From Nymphaea colorata (taxonomy: Eukaryota): 64,000 nucleotides of DNA. The position numbers and the translations under genes were made by a program. The notes below the pieces were generated by a model. That model did not search any database, was not told where the DNA came from, and was given only the letters and a program-made list of their open reading frames with translations. Location of the stretch: the NCBI RefSeq assembly GCF_008831285.2, contig NC_045138.2, forward strand, positions 17,794,001 to 17,858,000, given 5' to 3'. Below, piece by piece: positions 51,424 through 64,000 of this stretch (within the stretch, counting starts at the first letter, position 1; each line of letters begins with the position of its first letter).

Positions 51424-54007
51424 TCTGTCTCTCTTAATTTATGCATGTCATTGAAAGATCTCTAGTTTGCGGGTGGCACTGACATCCACCGTTATTAGCA
51501 TCGTCAGTATTCTAGCGCCTTTTTTTGCCGATTTTGGGATTGCTTGAAGACCCACAAAGTATAAAGGTACGTATTCCTTCTTGCTACTTCACACCACTAC
51601 CTTGTCCTCGTTCGTTTGGCATAGCTCTCCTTGTTCTGGAATACAAATCTTCTACTGGATTCAGTTTTTCCCTTAGTTCTGCTCGGCATGAATGAAGACT
51701 GAACGCTATGGTGGCTGTGCCTGATACTGTTGTGTTGTGCAACAGGGGTACAGCATTAGCCTTTGTTTATGCAGGCCTTGGGATCAGGTACTGTGCAGAT
51801 GCCAGAAAGCCTAGGCGACAAGGATAAAGGAACAACATTATAATGCATTGAACCTCTTTTCTTTATTTGGAAGTGACTCCAGCAGTCGGAGGTATTTGGT
51901 TCAAAAGGAAAGACAAGAAAAAGATGAGCTTACCACAAGCGTATTCACTTCCACTATTTTCATAATTGTACTTATTTGTCTTTACATATTACGAGGCATC
52001 CTTGCGAAGAAGTCGAGAGCACCAGAACAGTTCACTGAGGCTGGTTTATCAATTACCATCTTAATGCTTCCTCCTGCCGTAAAACCAAGTTAATCAGGTC
52101 TTGCCCATTCCATGTTCTTTTTCTTTTTTATGAATCTGTTACTATAATTGACTTGTGTGTGGGATCTCTTGTAGAGAGATTTACACTAGCAGTCCTTTGC
52201 AATTGTCACCAGATGATTCTTCTCTAAGGTCCTACAGGAATAATGTTGACTTAGGGTAGGGGAGGATTTTGCATATAAAGCGGCAAAGACAAACAAAAAT
52301 AAAAAACAAGATGAGAAACAGAACAATCACTTTCAGCTGATGTACCAGGTGGTTGTTTGTGTTCCACTGGATGATTCGTTTGTAATGGTAGACTCCAAAC
52401 TCTCCTAAATCTTCAAGACAGAGCTAGTGAATGTACTGTGAATAATATCTCAACATTCATGAATCCATTTAGAAAAGATTTTCAGAGACATAAAGGGGGG
52501 AAGAGTGCTCCATGGCAATAGTAACAATTTCTCCCCTACCGTAACTGATCTGGCTGTTTTCACTTTTGGTTGGGAGACTAGAGATTGTCCAATCTATCAT
52601 GAATTGCTTGGATACAGTAGTCAATTGATGGGGTTCTACCCACGTGGGGATGTTTGGCTGTCAAGACTTTGTTGCCTCTATGATGGGAAGAAAGGGGAGA
52701 TCCTGTTTGTTGTGGGGCCATTTACTTTACCTGATAAAAGCATTCTTGCACTCACATGAAGTGGGGTCTCAATGGTAAGTGGGGCCATGAGCGAAAAAAA
52801 AGCAAACCAGGCTTTATGGGAAAACCAAGGTGTTAAAGCTGCCATTAAGTGCCAAAAGGACCTCCCCTATCCTCTCCACTGTCCAGAAATTGGTAAATGT
52901 GAAAGTGACATATATCTTCTGTATGTCGGTCCTTTCAGTTCCACCACTATGGTCATCTTATTCACCCAGTTTCCTTTTTTATCACGTAACCATAGCAATC
53001 CACTATTGCTTTGAATGTCTCTAAACCTTCGATTTTCTGTGCAGCGTTGAAGAGATGAAAAATGTCAAGGGTCTGGTTTGCAATGATTCTGCTGGTAATG
53101 CATGCTTAAATCGAAGACCCATCTGGTTACATAGCAAGAGGTTATGCCAGAGCAGACCTGAATGTGGACCAATTAAAGCCTCGAAAGGGCCGCTGAAAGG
53201 GCTCTACCCTCCTGACCGGTGGTTGTCTGCAGACCTTTTGAGTGGAAAGAGATCAACAGTTCAGGGCCTAGATGTTCATGTAAAGCCAAAACAGTAGACT
53301 CTGTGAACACGTTTTCCCGGCGAGTGACCTTGTGAATTCCAATGATTCTGAGACACCAACTTTCATGCCTTCTGACTACCAGGATCACTAGCCTTTGGTT
53401 GGGATGCCAACTGCAGATACCTGTGGAGTGTGATCATCTTTCAACAAAGTGATCTGATCTCATGTTGACCATAGTCTGATGCAACTTTTTGGTACGTAAA
53501 ACAGGACGGATACAGCAATGTATGGCTGAAACAAAAAATAGATATGGACTTTGTGAGCAGCTAATCCCCATATATTCAAAATGCAGTGTGATGCTTCCTT
53601 CATTTGAAAAGAGAAGCAACCATCAGTTCTCGCTGAATATGTGGTTTGGCATGTCAACTGTAGGTGAGTTCAAGAATCAGTCACTCGTCACACTCAGCAC
53701 TCCAACCAATGAAAGATATTGGCCTAGCTACAAGGATCCCGCTGCTTGATGCTATGGTGTATGTACTTCCTGTCTGTAGCCGAGAGAAAAACAATCTCAT
53801 TCTGATACAATGCAGTGCAAGTCAATTATGAGAAATCTAGCAGGATCTGGTAATGATTATGCATAAAGCGCATGAAGGTATGAAACTAATTCTTTTGGCG
53901 ATCTCAATCCTTTTTTTTTTTTTTAATGAAACTGACAGGACAACCATACACTAGTATGAAGAGTAAGCTAACAGGCCTTTCGAGTGAAGCTACAGTTAGC
54001 TACAGTA

Positions 54008-54073
<66 letters not shown>

Positions 54074-54461
54074 TTTTGAAGAACAGCTCTGAATTTGTCT
54101 TGCAAGGAGAAAGACAAAATCATATAAATCTCTGTCAATTGTCATCGGCATTGAAAAGGGTATACACTAGGCCTCATGATTCAAAACTTTGAAATCTGAA
54201 ACGAGTGAAGGGCACTGTGTGCACGCAGCCCTAAGTTCTCCCAAAAGAAAGTCAAAGGCATCCGTATGTTTTCGTTTTTATATATATATACATAGTGTGT
54301 GCGCGCGTGTGTGTGTGTATGAGTTGGACGTGGAGATACATGCCCATACAATTATATCTCCGTCACTGAAGAGTTCAAATTTGCCGTATGCTGTTAGATC
54401 ATTAAAAATTAAAAACCTCATGAGAAAGCAGTTGTCAAAGCAGTATCAATGGTTTACGGTG

Positions 54462-54508
<47 letters not shown>

Positions 54509-56213
54509 TAAGCTCACATATATGATCTGTTAATATATATATATCATAAGCTCACATATATGATCTGTTAAGTTGCCTTCCAGGTGACAGCGCTTCTCCA
54601 TTCCTTCTTCGTTTCACTCATCCAATTGTGTATTGGGTACCAACTCTGGCAAAGGCAACGTGATTCCATTGATGAAGATAAAAAAAGGTAAACATATGGA
54701 GGATGCTTTACAAAATTGTTACAAGAAAAATACAAGACCACTACAATAGGTTACAACAACCAAATGATCTGTCTTCATGAACTCGGTAATCTTTCCTTAA
54801 TGTTCCTCTCCAAAATCACACCAACCTCCTCCTTCCGTATCGGATAAGGGAACTGAAAAAGATTAGTTGACTGTGCCCAACAGAAAGCACTAGGAAGTTG
54901 GGCTCATTTAATTGATAACCGCAGATTCTCGTCCACTGCATCCTTATGTAGTGGACATAAAGTCCAGCCCTCTTTCCGCTTCCCTAGCTCCTTTAGCAGG
55001 TATTAATTGCTTTTATGTTGGAGAAGTGCTCTTCTAATTGACATCTTTTCTGCAAAATCTACATTGATTAATTGTTTCCGAATGTGCAGATATGATTTTC
55101 TTTTGCATGTACTCCATATGCTAATGAATTGTTCTTTTGACATAAAGGATGAATATATATGGAAAAGTAATGACACGATATTTTGGCTCCTACGTATAGA
55201 AAAGACAATACCCTTTTGAAGGGTATTTTTGGATATTTGAAAAAATAGTTTGGTATTTAATATTTGCAACTTAATCTCTCACGTCTAGTTTACTTGAAAT
55301 CAATGATCCAAATGATTTTGATCAAGTATGACATATGAGAGTATAGTTGCTACTTGTTTATATATATATATATATATATAACTTGCTATCCAGCTCACTT
55401 ATGAGAGCTGTTTGAGCTGTTTAATATACCATGATAAATGGTTGAGAAAAAAACAAAGAGAAAAAATTGAAGGACATTTTTGTAATGTAATATTAGTTTA
55501 TATGCTTTTCTTCTTATTTTGCTGTTAGCGGTCTATCACCATCGATCAGATGACCATCATGAGTGAGTTGGGTGCCTCTACATAACCGGAGTCTCCATTC
55601 TATCACTATACATAGAGACATACCTCGTATTTGGTATCAAATGGTTTATAAGGTGTGCATTCCAGAAAGTTGAGGACTATTATGCAATATGCAAAATGTG
55701 ATCAGATGCACATGAATGAGAGGAAACAATATTTTTTTATAAAAGCTTTCTTGCAAACACATAGACAGTGGTAATCCTTCTTTGCTGCTGTAATTTTGAT
55801 AAGCTTTTTGGTTCTTGAACATGGATCAGAATATTGACTTGCCTTTCCAATACAACCTAAGGAATCTAATTAGTTCAAACAATAAAGGTTCTCCAAACTT
55901 GGCTTTCATCTGCATTTCTGTGTCTTGCTCAAGCAAAGAATCATTCCGAGGATGGACGCCCGTTTGAACTGTTTCCAGTTTTGGGTTACGGCTTAATATG
56001 CATAGGCTCTGTAAAAAAGCTAAGTACAATGCTATGCCAGTTGAAATTCATGTGCACCACCTGTTCTCGCTCTGAGAAACATAAAAGAACAAGAAATGTA
56101 CTTTTCAATAATGCAGAAGCCACTATGAGGGTAGGAGATTTATACGACTTTTGGCAAGAAGAACATTGCATTATTAGAATATAAATTCCCATAACATATG
56201 TTTAAGAATGCTA

Positions 56214-56295
56214 CCAGGGCAAAGCCAAAATTTTTTTCTTGAAAGAGCTGAATTATAATTTTTAAAATTCTTATAAATGTCAAATTACAATTTTT

Positions 56296-56362
<67 letters not shown>

Positions 56363-56409
56363 CAGGGAGCGACAAGGCCTTTGCCTGCTTCCCCTCTGTT
56401 TCGCCCTTG
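56214..56409. mobile_element. Degenerate small MITE (same family as 13762-13899)
   Basis: CCAGGGCAAAGCCAAAATTTTTT ... TGTTTCGCCCTTG with an internal (TAAA)n(TA)n tract. Confidence 0.5.
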
Positions 56410-59383
56410 AATACGCATATCTCCGAAACCTCAAACATGATGTTTTAAAATCATGCATCCTATAAACTTGTGTTCCAAAAATCAATGTTCTTCTTATCAA
56501 ATACTATTTTTAGGCAATAAATAATGTAAAAGTTGGAGGTGACTTTTTTTATACCCCGAAAAATTTTTACCAAAAGAGAGTGCAACTTAAATCATTGTTC
56601 TATCTCGTCACCTTTTATATACATAAGTTTGGTTGAAAAAAAAAGTTGAAAAGTATCTAAAGTGAGATTAATTGTATGGTGTTCAAAATAGGAGATGAAT
56701 ACTCAGGCTGCTAAATGGAAAAATTATCTTGATCTTTGTTGGATTTATGAAGAGAAAAGAAGAGATGTCAACTTCAGTGTTAGTCATTTAATGTCTTTTA
56801 CATGAGTGGAGTATGTGAAGAGTATAACACCAATGCGTAATAAAGTAGGTGGCCCCTTCTACCTCATGTCAACAAAGTTACATCAAGGGGAAAAAATATC
56901 CCATTTGTTCAGTTCATAAATTTCATATGAGACATCTTTGCAGTCTTTTTGTCAAGCAAAAAATATGGTACTTGTAAAAGTCGTTTTGGGCAATTTGGTA
57001 ACTTTCGAGGCCCTAAAAAGACCTATTTCCTCTCTCACCATCCATCAGTCCTTTGTTGGACGGTCCACAACCTTCATAAAAGAACACGACATTCCATTTT
57101 AGACTAAGGAATAAATGGGTGTTTCCAAACACATGCAACTGATTGAACGTGGAAAGTTTTCTTCTAAAATTGTTGAGAAATCCAGGTGATAAGACATGTA
57201 GATCAAAGGTTGACTGTGTGGCTCACAACTTTAGGGTACTATTTTGTTCTCCTTTGCCAATTTTTAACCAAAGAAACAAAAGCCAGTTAAAAACACAGTA
57301 CATTACATTTCTTTTCCCAATACATTGAAGATTTATTCATTCTGGTCTTCTTTTTTTGTTTACTCTTTCCTGAACATTGACTCTGTTTGGCACACAATTT
57401 AATAAGACTAATCAGTCAGTCACCATGTGAAGGTTTTTATTCATGAATGAGATGGACGATGGTAACATGAGCTGTTCTCGCCCCCATTATTTCTTGTCAT
57501 AATCCTATCAGTATTTGATGAGAAGAAAAATAAAGGGTTGCTTAAGTTGATAGGTTTGTTTATGTTTCATAAATGAGTGACAAAAAAATCAAACTCACAT
57601 GAAATGAATATTATACGAGTAAAGAGACGGGGAAACTGGGAAGAATGTAATGGAGATTGTTTAATAAGCATTCATAAGAAAATGTCGAGGTAGATGTTTT
57701 AAGGGGAATGAGTTTAACCAGTCTCATTTTGAGATCGGGTTTCGTATTTATTTTTTCCTCTCTCATTATTTCACATATTTTTTTTTCTTAGTTTTTGTCC
57801 TTTCTACAATAAGGTTTTTATCCTGAAATTAGTGAATCCTAAGCAGAGATAGTTTTGAAAAATCTTTCCTTTGTTTTAGTTGTACATATAGCTTAAAATG
57901 CATGTTAAAAGTGTTTTCTATTTAACGTAAATACAATTATTCAAATTTAAATGCATTTTTTAAATTAAAAACTCTTATACCACTAATTTTTTTGGTAAGA
58001 GTCAATATTTTACAAAAAAGAAAATCTATTAATGAATTTGCATATAGATTTCTAAGAGAGAGACTCATAGTTTTGGTATTGGTCTTGTCCATAGAGACAG
58101 ATCGAGGCTAAGAGGCAAGAAGATGGGAGATGACCGCAGCATTAAATAGAGTAATTGAATTTCACCTGTCAACAAGCCTGCAACTTCGAATTATTCTTCT
58201 TCTGTGCAAGCTTCTTTGTTTTTTTAATCCTAAGTACTGCCTTTTGGCGTGTCCCTCCAGGCTTTCTTATGCGCCTCCAAGGCTGCGGCAGTCAGACTCA
58301 GAAAAGGGTGCAGAGGGAGAGACAAAAAAGCATACTCCAACCGCTCCTCCTCTCTCTGCATCTTTGGGACCTCCCTTTCCCCCTCCTAAAGGCACATCCT
58401 TTACTTGTTACTTGCACGTGAAAAGGATGCACTCTCTCTTCTTTGTTTTTTATCAGTAAAATCCATGGGTCTGTTTCTCAATCTATAAATATTTCTCTCT
58501 ACCTTACAAAGCTACAATGCTGATGGCGTTCATTGCAATGCACACTACCAGTGCTGCAAGCAACTTTCCATGTAGTTTCAAATACTGAAGGAAAAACGAA
58601 AAACTGCGTGGTCTTCTTAAGCGGTCTCTCTCTCCCTCTCTCGCGCTGTAGTTCGTTTAGTCTGGCTTGTTGGTCACTTGGTACCGGTCTCCTTAAGTTG
58701 TCTCTCTCTCTCTTCTCTCTCGCTGTAGTTCGTCTAGTCTGGCTTGTTGGTCATTTGGTCTATCGTCCTCTACCTTTCTGCCGCTTTTGAGACGGGTGGT
58801 CGTTCTTAAGGCTCATTTTTTGGCCTTCATTGAGACGGGTGAGCGTTCTTGAAAGGATAGATGTGTTTCGCTTCGTTTTCTGGAAAGTAGTGGAAATGCA
58901 AATGAACCGTTTCCATTTTCCAAGTTGGTTTCTGGGTTCCTTTTACTTCTTGAAATCTTGAAACTGATTTTCTTGGACTGATTCTACCACATATTGGGCA
59001 TCTGATATTGTCGATATTGTGCTGGAGCAAGAAAGAAATCCAGTTATTTTGCCTACGGTGGAGCTTTGTTTCCACTTGAATACTTGGTAAGGTTTCTTCT
59101 CTTCTTGTCTCTACTGCAATTCTTGCATTGCACTTCCTTCTTTCGTTCCAATCTTTTTTTTTCTTTGGTTTTGTTAACGTATTTTCTTTTTTTCCTTATG
59201 TTTTCCCTTTATGTGATACTGTTCTTATCCATTTATTTATTTTTGCCGATGAACTAAGGAGGTGCTTGAGAAATACAGGGTGGTGCTGTTTTTGACAGTT
59301 TTTTTTGTTGTTTGTTTGTTTCCATTTTTCTGTGCGAATTGTGCCCGCAGACTTGCGCTTTGTGTTGCCTTTTTCAAGAACTC

Positions 59384-62300
59384 ATGCCTCTAGGCCAGAT
59401 GAATGATAGTGCAGGGTATCATATAGTAACAAGTAACAATGTTCAGAACCCATCGATACCATCCCAATCCAAGGAGGTTCCTCTTCAGAAGCCCCTTCAG
59501 AATGGCAGAGGCAAGAGAAGGCACAGAGGCAGAAGAAAGTCGGTGCGAAGTAATATTTATCCACGCTCTGACGCCAGAATTTGCTCTACTGAGGCGCCAG
59601 AAATTCGTTCCACTGGATTTCCGGTACCGGATGTTCCCACCAGCAACGAAAGTTGTGTAGTGAGCATGGAGGTTGGGCCTTCTGCTTCTGGCAAAGCTCT
59701 CAGATTCCCTGCTAGGCCTGGTTATGGACAGGCTGGGGTGAAGTGCTTGGTGAAGGCCAACCATTTCTTTGCTGAGCTTCTTGAGAAAGACTTGAACCAC
59801 TATGACGTAAGCTTGTCACTTTTCTTATGTCTTCACTCTATCTTAGTAAGTCAGCATAAGTTGTAGGACTTTGCTTCTTTTATGCTTCATCGCTTCCTTG
59901 CTATAGCTTAACACAGTATTGTTGAATTTACTTCTCAAGCGAAGGGTATTTCTTCTGGGTTGGTAAACTTTTGTTTCTTTTCTTGCCTTTTGTGGAAATG
60001 CTTGTAGGTGACTGTAACTCCAGTGGTTGCTTCAAAAAGTGTGAATAAGGCTATTATGGCGGAGCTAGTGAAGCTATACAGGGAATCGGATTTGGGTATG
60101 AGGTTGCCTGCCTACGATGGAAGAAAGAGCTTATACACTGCTGGAGTATTTCCTTTCACTTCAAAAGAATTCATTGTTAAACTTGTGGCTGAAGAAGACG
60201 GAATTCATGGTCCCAAGTAAGGTTTTTTTACTTTTTCTCGTTGCTCACTCTCAGGCTAGCCATTGTAACTTTTCCTTTGACAGCATATAAACATGCCCAC
60301 CTTTTAAAGCTACCGTAAGAGTTTCTTTTGGCTGCTAAATTCTTCATATTTTCTGGTGGAAGCCAGTTTCTAGTTGTACTGCACAAAAGCAGTGGAAGCT
60401 GGAAATGCAGCATGGTTAGATGGTAGAAAACAAAAAAAGGCACTTAGTCAATAGTTGGATTCGCATTGAGCCTGAAATTGTCTGGGCTGATGCACATTGG
60501 GTGAGTTGAACTATAACAAAGTTTGGCTGACAACCTCTAAATACTCTTCAGAAGGGAAAGGGAATTCAAGGTCACATTAAAGTTCATTGCCAGAGCCAAC
60601 TTGCACCATTTGACTGAATTTCTTGCTGGTAGAAGATCAGAAGCTCCCCAAGAAGCTCTTCAAGTCCTTGACATTGTCCTTAGAGAACTATCAGCCCAAA
60701 GGTGGGATATTTCAAAAGTGAGTTACTATTTTAGCTTTACATTTTTTGAAATTTTTTAGTGAGGAAAGTTATCCATCTGTGAGTTGTAGCATGACTGAAT
60801 TTTTTCAGGTACCGTGCTGTCGGAAGATCATTTTATTCCCCTGATATTGGGAGGCCACAGCGACTTGGTGAAGGTTTGGAGTCATGGTGTGGCTTTTATC
60901 AAAGTATAAGGCCTACACAAATGGGTCTCTCTCTAAATATTGGTATGTCCATATATGAGCAGGAATCTATGTTATGAATTAACATGAACTTTCAGAACAC
61001 CTTTTTCTTGTTTCTAAACTCTTCTTCTCTGCTTTGTCAAAAATTGTACAGACATGTCCTCAACAGCATTTATTGAACCACTTCCAGTAATTGAGTTTGT
61101 AGCTCAAATTCTGAACAAGGAGGTGTTGTCAAGACCATTATCTGATACAGACCGTGTAAAAGTATTGTTCTGCTATCTCTGTGGTTTATTAAATATTCCG
61201 TTTTATCTGTTTTCTAATATTTATCTTTTCGTTTGAAAAAATTATCAGGTCAAGAAGGCTCTTAGAGGCGTAAAAGTTGAAGTCACACATCGGGGAAATG
61301 TGAGAAGGAAATACCGGATTTCAGGGTTGACATCACAACCAACAAGGGAACTCATGTAAGAAAGATTATATAATTCTTGCCTATGCATGTATTGAACATA
61401 CCATCCCTTTGATTATGGTATTCTATTGTCTTCACCAACAGGTTTCCAGTCGATGATAAATGCACCATGAAATCTGTTGTCGAGTACTTTCTGGAGATGT
61501 ATGGCTTCATCATCCAACACTCTCACCTTCCATGCCTTGAAGTGGGGAACCAGAAGAAGGCCAATTATTTACCAATGGAGGTGAATACATTTCTTTTGGT
61601 TGTGAAGAAGTTTCTGTCTGGTTGTTGTCCTTTTCACTGTATCAGTTATGGTTGATGGTTATGAAATGCATATGACAGGCTTGTAAAATTGTGGAGGGCC
61701 AAAGGTATACCAAACGATTGAATGGGAAGCAAATTACAGCTCTTCTCAAGGTGACATGTGAGAGACCAAAGGACAGGGAAATGAATATTTTGCAGGTATT
61801 TGATTTTTGATTAGATTTATTTTTGGGTCATTACCCTTTTGTTCATTGACTATTAATAGATTGAAGGATTCTGTCTAGCCATTAGAAAAAAATTGTTGCA
61901 TTTAATTTGTGTTCCAGTCATTTCATCTTCATGTTAACTGACAGCAATTTCATGTTTTATTTGCCTATGCACAGACTGTCTATCGCAATGCATATGACCA
62001 AGATCCATATGCACAGGAATTTGGTATTAAAATAAGTGAAAAGCTTGCATCTGTTGAGGCTCGGATTCTGCCTGCACCATGGGTAATCTCTTGTTCATAC
62101 AGTATATGTGATGCTGATAATTTATCATGTAGATGCAAAGCATGTGAGGTAAAAGGTTACATGCTTTTTCAGCTGAAGTATCATGAGACTGGAAAGGAAA
62201 AAGACTGCTTGCCTCATATTGGCCAGTGGAATATGATGAATAAGGTAGGTTACATGCAATTTGAACCCTTGACATGACACAAGCTATACTAACGTTCATG

Positions 62301-63988
62301 ACTTCATGTTGATTGGGTGATTGACAACTAAAGGCCAACTATCCTACTACCTTCTTGAAGGATTGAAATTTTATGTTCTCCTTCTGGTGTTTCTTCATGT
62401 CTCTGAGATTTCTAACGTTTTCTCTTTGGTTTATTTGATGGCAGAAAATGATCAATGGTAGTAAAGTTAGTCATTGGGCATGTATAAACTTCTCACGAGG
62501 TGTTCAACAGAGTGTAGCATCCACCTTTTGCAATGAGCTGGCACAGATGTGTCAAGTATCTGGCATGGTAATTTGCAAAGTCTTGGATCATGTTAACTCT
62601 AAAAGTTTATGCTTTTCAATGAATGTCCTCTGAGTTCTCCATGGTTGCATTGCATCTGAAAATCAACAAATAATAATGGAACCAGACAATTTTAATTGAA
62701 CATGGAGAAAATAAGCACCAAATTTTTGTTATTCTCCTTTCATCTTGATACTAACTCTCGGTGGAGATGTATTCATAACTAGTTTGACTTGTTTGAACTA
62801 TTACAGGAGTTCAATCCAGAATCTGTAATACCAATATATACAGCCAGACCTGAACAGGTAGAGAAAGCTCTTAAGCATGTATATAATGCATCGATGTGCA
62901 AACTCAAGGGCAAAGAATTGGAACTCCTTGTGGCAATTTTACCCAACAACAATGGTTCTTTGTATGGTAAATTTCCTTCTTTTCTATCTGCTATTAAATG
63001 CCTTGAATTTCACTCAATAAACCTCCATTTGTTAAAAAATTCAAAGAGATTGCCAATTTTGCAGGGGATCTCAAGAGGATATGTGAAACTGATCTAGGCT
63101 TAATATCTCAATGCTGTCTCACAAAGCATGTATTCAAGATAAGCAAGCAGTATCTGGCCAATGTCTCACTGAAAATTAATGTAAAAGTAAGTGACTGGTA
63201 TTTTTGTTCAATTATTGAAAGCTATGTTGTTTAGTATGATAACCTAGATGAGACATGCATCACTGAACCTACAGGCTGGTGGGGCCTAAACCATCCCAGG
63301 CTCCCTTGTGGTAAATGGAAATTTAGTTGAGTAGCTGCAGCACATTCTTTTCATGATTTTAAAGTTTTGTCAAACATTGACCTAACTATGAAGATGTCTG
63401 CCACCTCCATATTCATGCAGATGGGAGGAAGAAACACAGTCCTTTTGGATGCCATTAGTTGGAGAATACCTTTGGTTAGTGATATACCCACTATAATATT
63501 TGGAGCAGATGTGACTCACCCAGAGACAGGGGAAGATTCTAGTCCATCAATTGCAGCTGTAAGTGTGGTTTCCCAGCCTCTTCCTGCCAGTTTCCTAGCA
63601 TGTTGTATTTGTTCATTCAAATTCTTACAGGTTGTAGCCTCCCAAGATTGGCCAGAAGTTACACAGTATGCTGGACTGGTTTGTGCCCAAGCTCATAGGC
63701 AGGAGCTTATACAGGATTTGTACAAGACATGGCATGATCCAGTTCGTGGCACTGTTAATGGTGGCATGATCCGGTATGCAATTTTTCTAGTTGTAGATAA
63801 ACTTGGTAGCACATTTTACATTGAAATGGTACTTTCGTTTTTTGTGGAGGGTTCTTCCTTAGTTGCACAATGTTTTTTGTCAAATGATGATTTAACTTGT
63901 TGCATCTAATGTCTTGAAATTTCAGGGACCTCTTGATTTCATTTAGAAAAGCGACAGGCCAGAAGCCTCTGAGAATAATATTCTATAG
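59384..63988 (+). CDS. AGO10: ARGONAUTE10 (PINHEAD/ZWILLE); continues beyond the window
   Basis: Exons 59384-59806, 60008-60216, 60552-60701, 60809-60942, 61052-61161, 61249-61355, 61442-61580, 61679-61795, 61975-62082, 62173-62244, 62445-62567, 62807-62966, 63065-63186, 63421-63558, 63631-63773 and 63926-63988, all in phase. The short MPLGQM N-terminus lacks the Gly-rich AGO1 extension. Motifs [59 protein letters not shown] and RQELIQDL. Confidence 0.95.
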
Positions 63989-64000
63989 GTTTGTTAAACA

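Noticed and set aside
54640..55270. Possible LINE 3' fragment on the minus strand
   Set aside because: No RT, endonuclease or RNase H motif could be read with confidence.

Overview
Flowering-plant nuclear DNA (GT-AG spliceosomal introns, (AT)n/(AG)n microsatellites, many MITEs); the species cannot be determined from sequence alone. Seven protein genes were assembled by hand with phase-consistent splice sites: an SR-type cyclophilin (CYP95/CYP63 family, minus, truncated at the left edge), an uncharacterised ~711-aa acidic protein (plus), lipid-A-disaccharide synthase LpxB (minus), a YUCCA flavin monooxygenase (minus), ATP sulfurylase (plus), an intronless PLS-DYW PPR protein (plus) and ARGONAUTE10 (plus, truncated at the right edge). 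Non-genic features are a plastid-derived insertion carrying a start-codon-dead psbM, a solo LTR with a 5-bp TSD, several hAT- and Tourist-like MITEs and tRNA-derived SINE candidates. The most interesting observations are: (1) the acidic protein may have lipid anchors at both ends (MGN... / ...CMCC), suggesting a membrane tether; (2) a tandem pair of SLIM1/EIL-type sites with a SURE core upstream of ATP sulfurylase, plus a miR395 site in its exon 1; (3) a candidate poison exon in the SR cyclophilin; (4) APS-PPR-AGO10 gene order matching my recollection of the Arabidopsis chr5 locus; (5) a possible fifth YUCCA exon beyond a MITE. All exon structures are predictions without transcript data.
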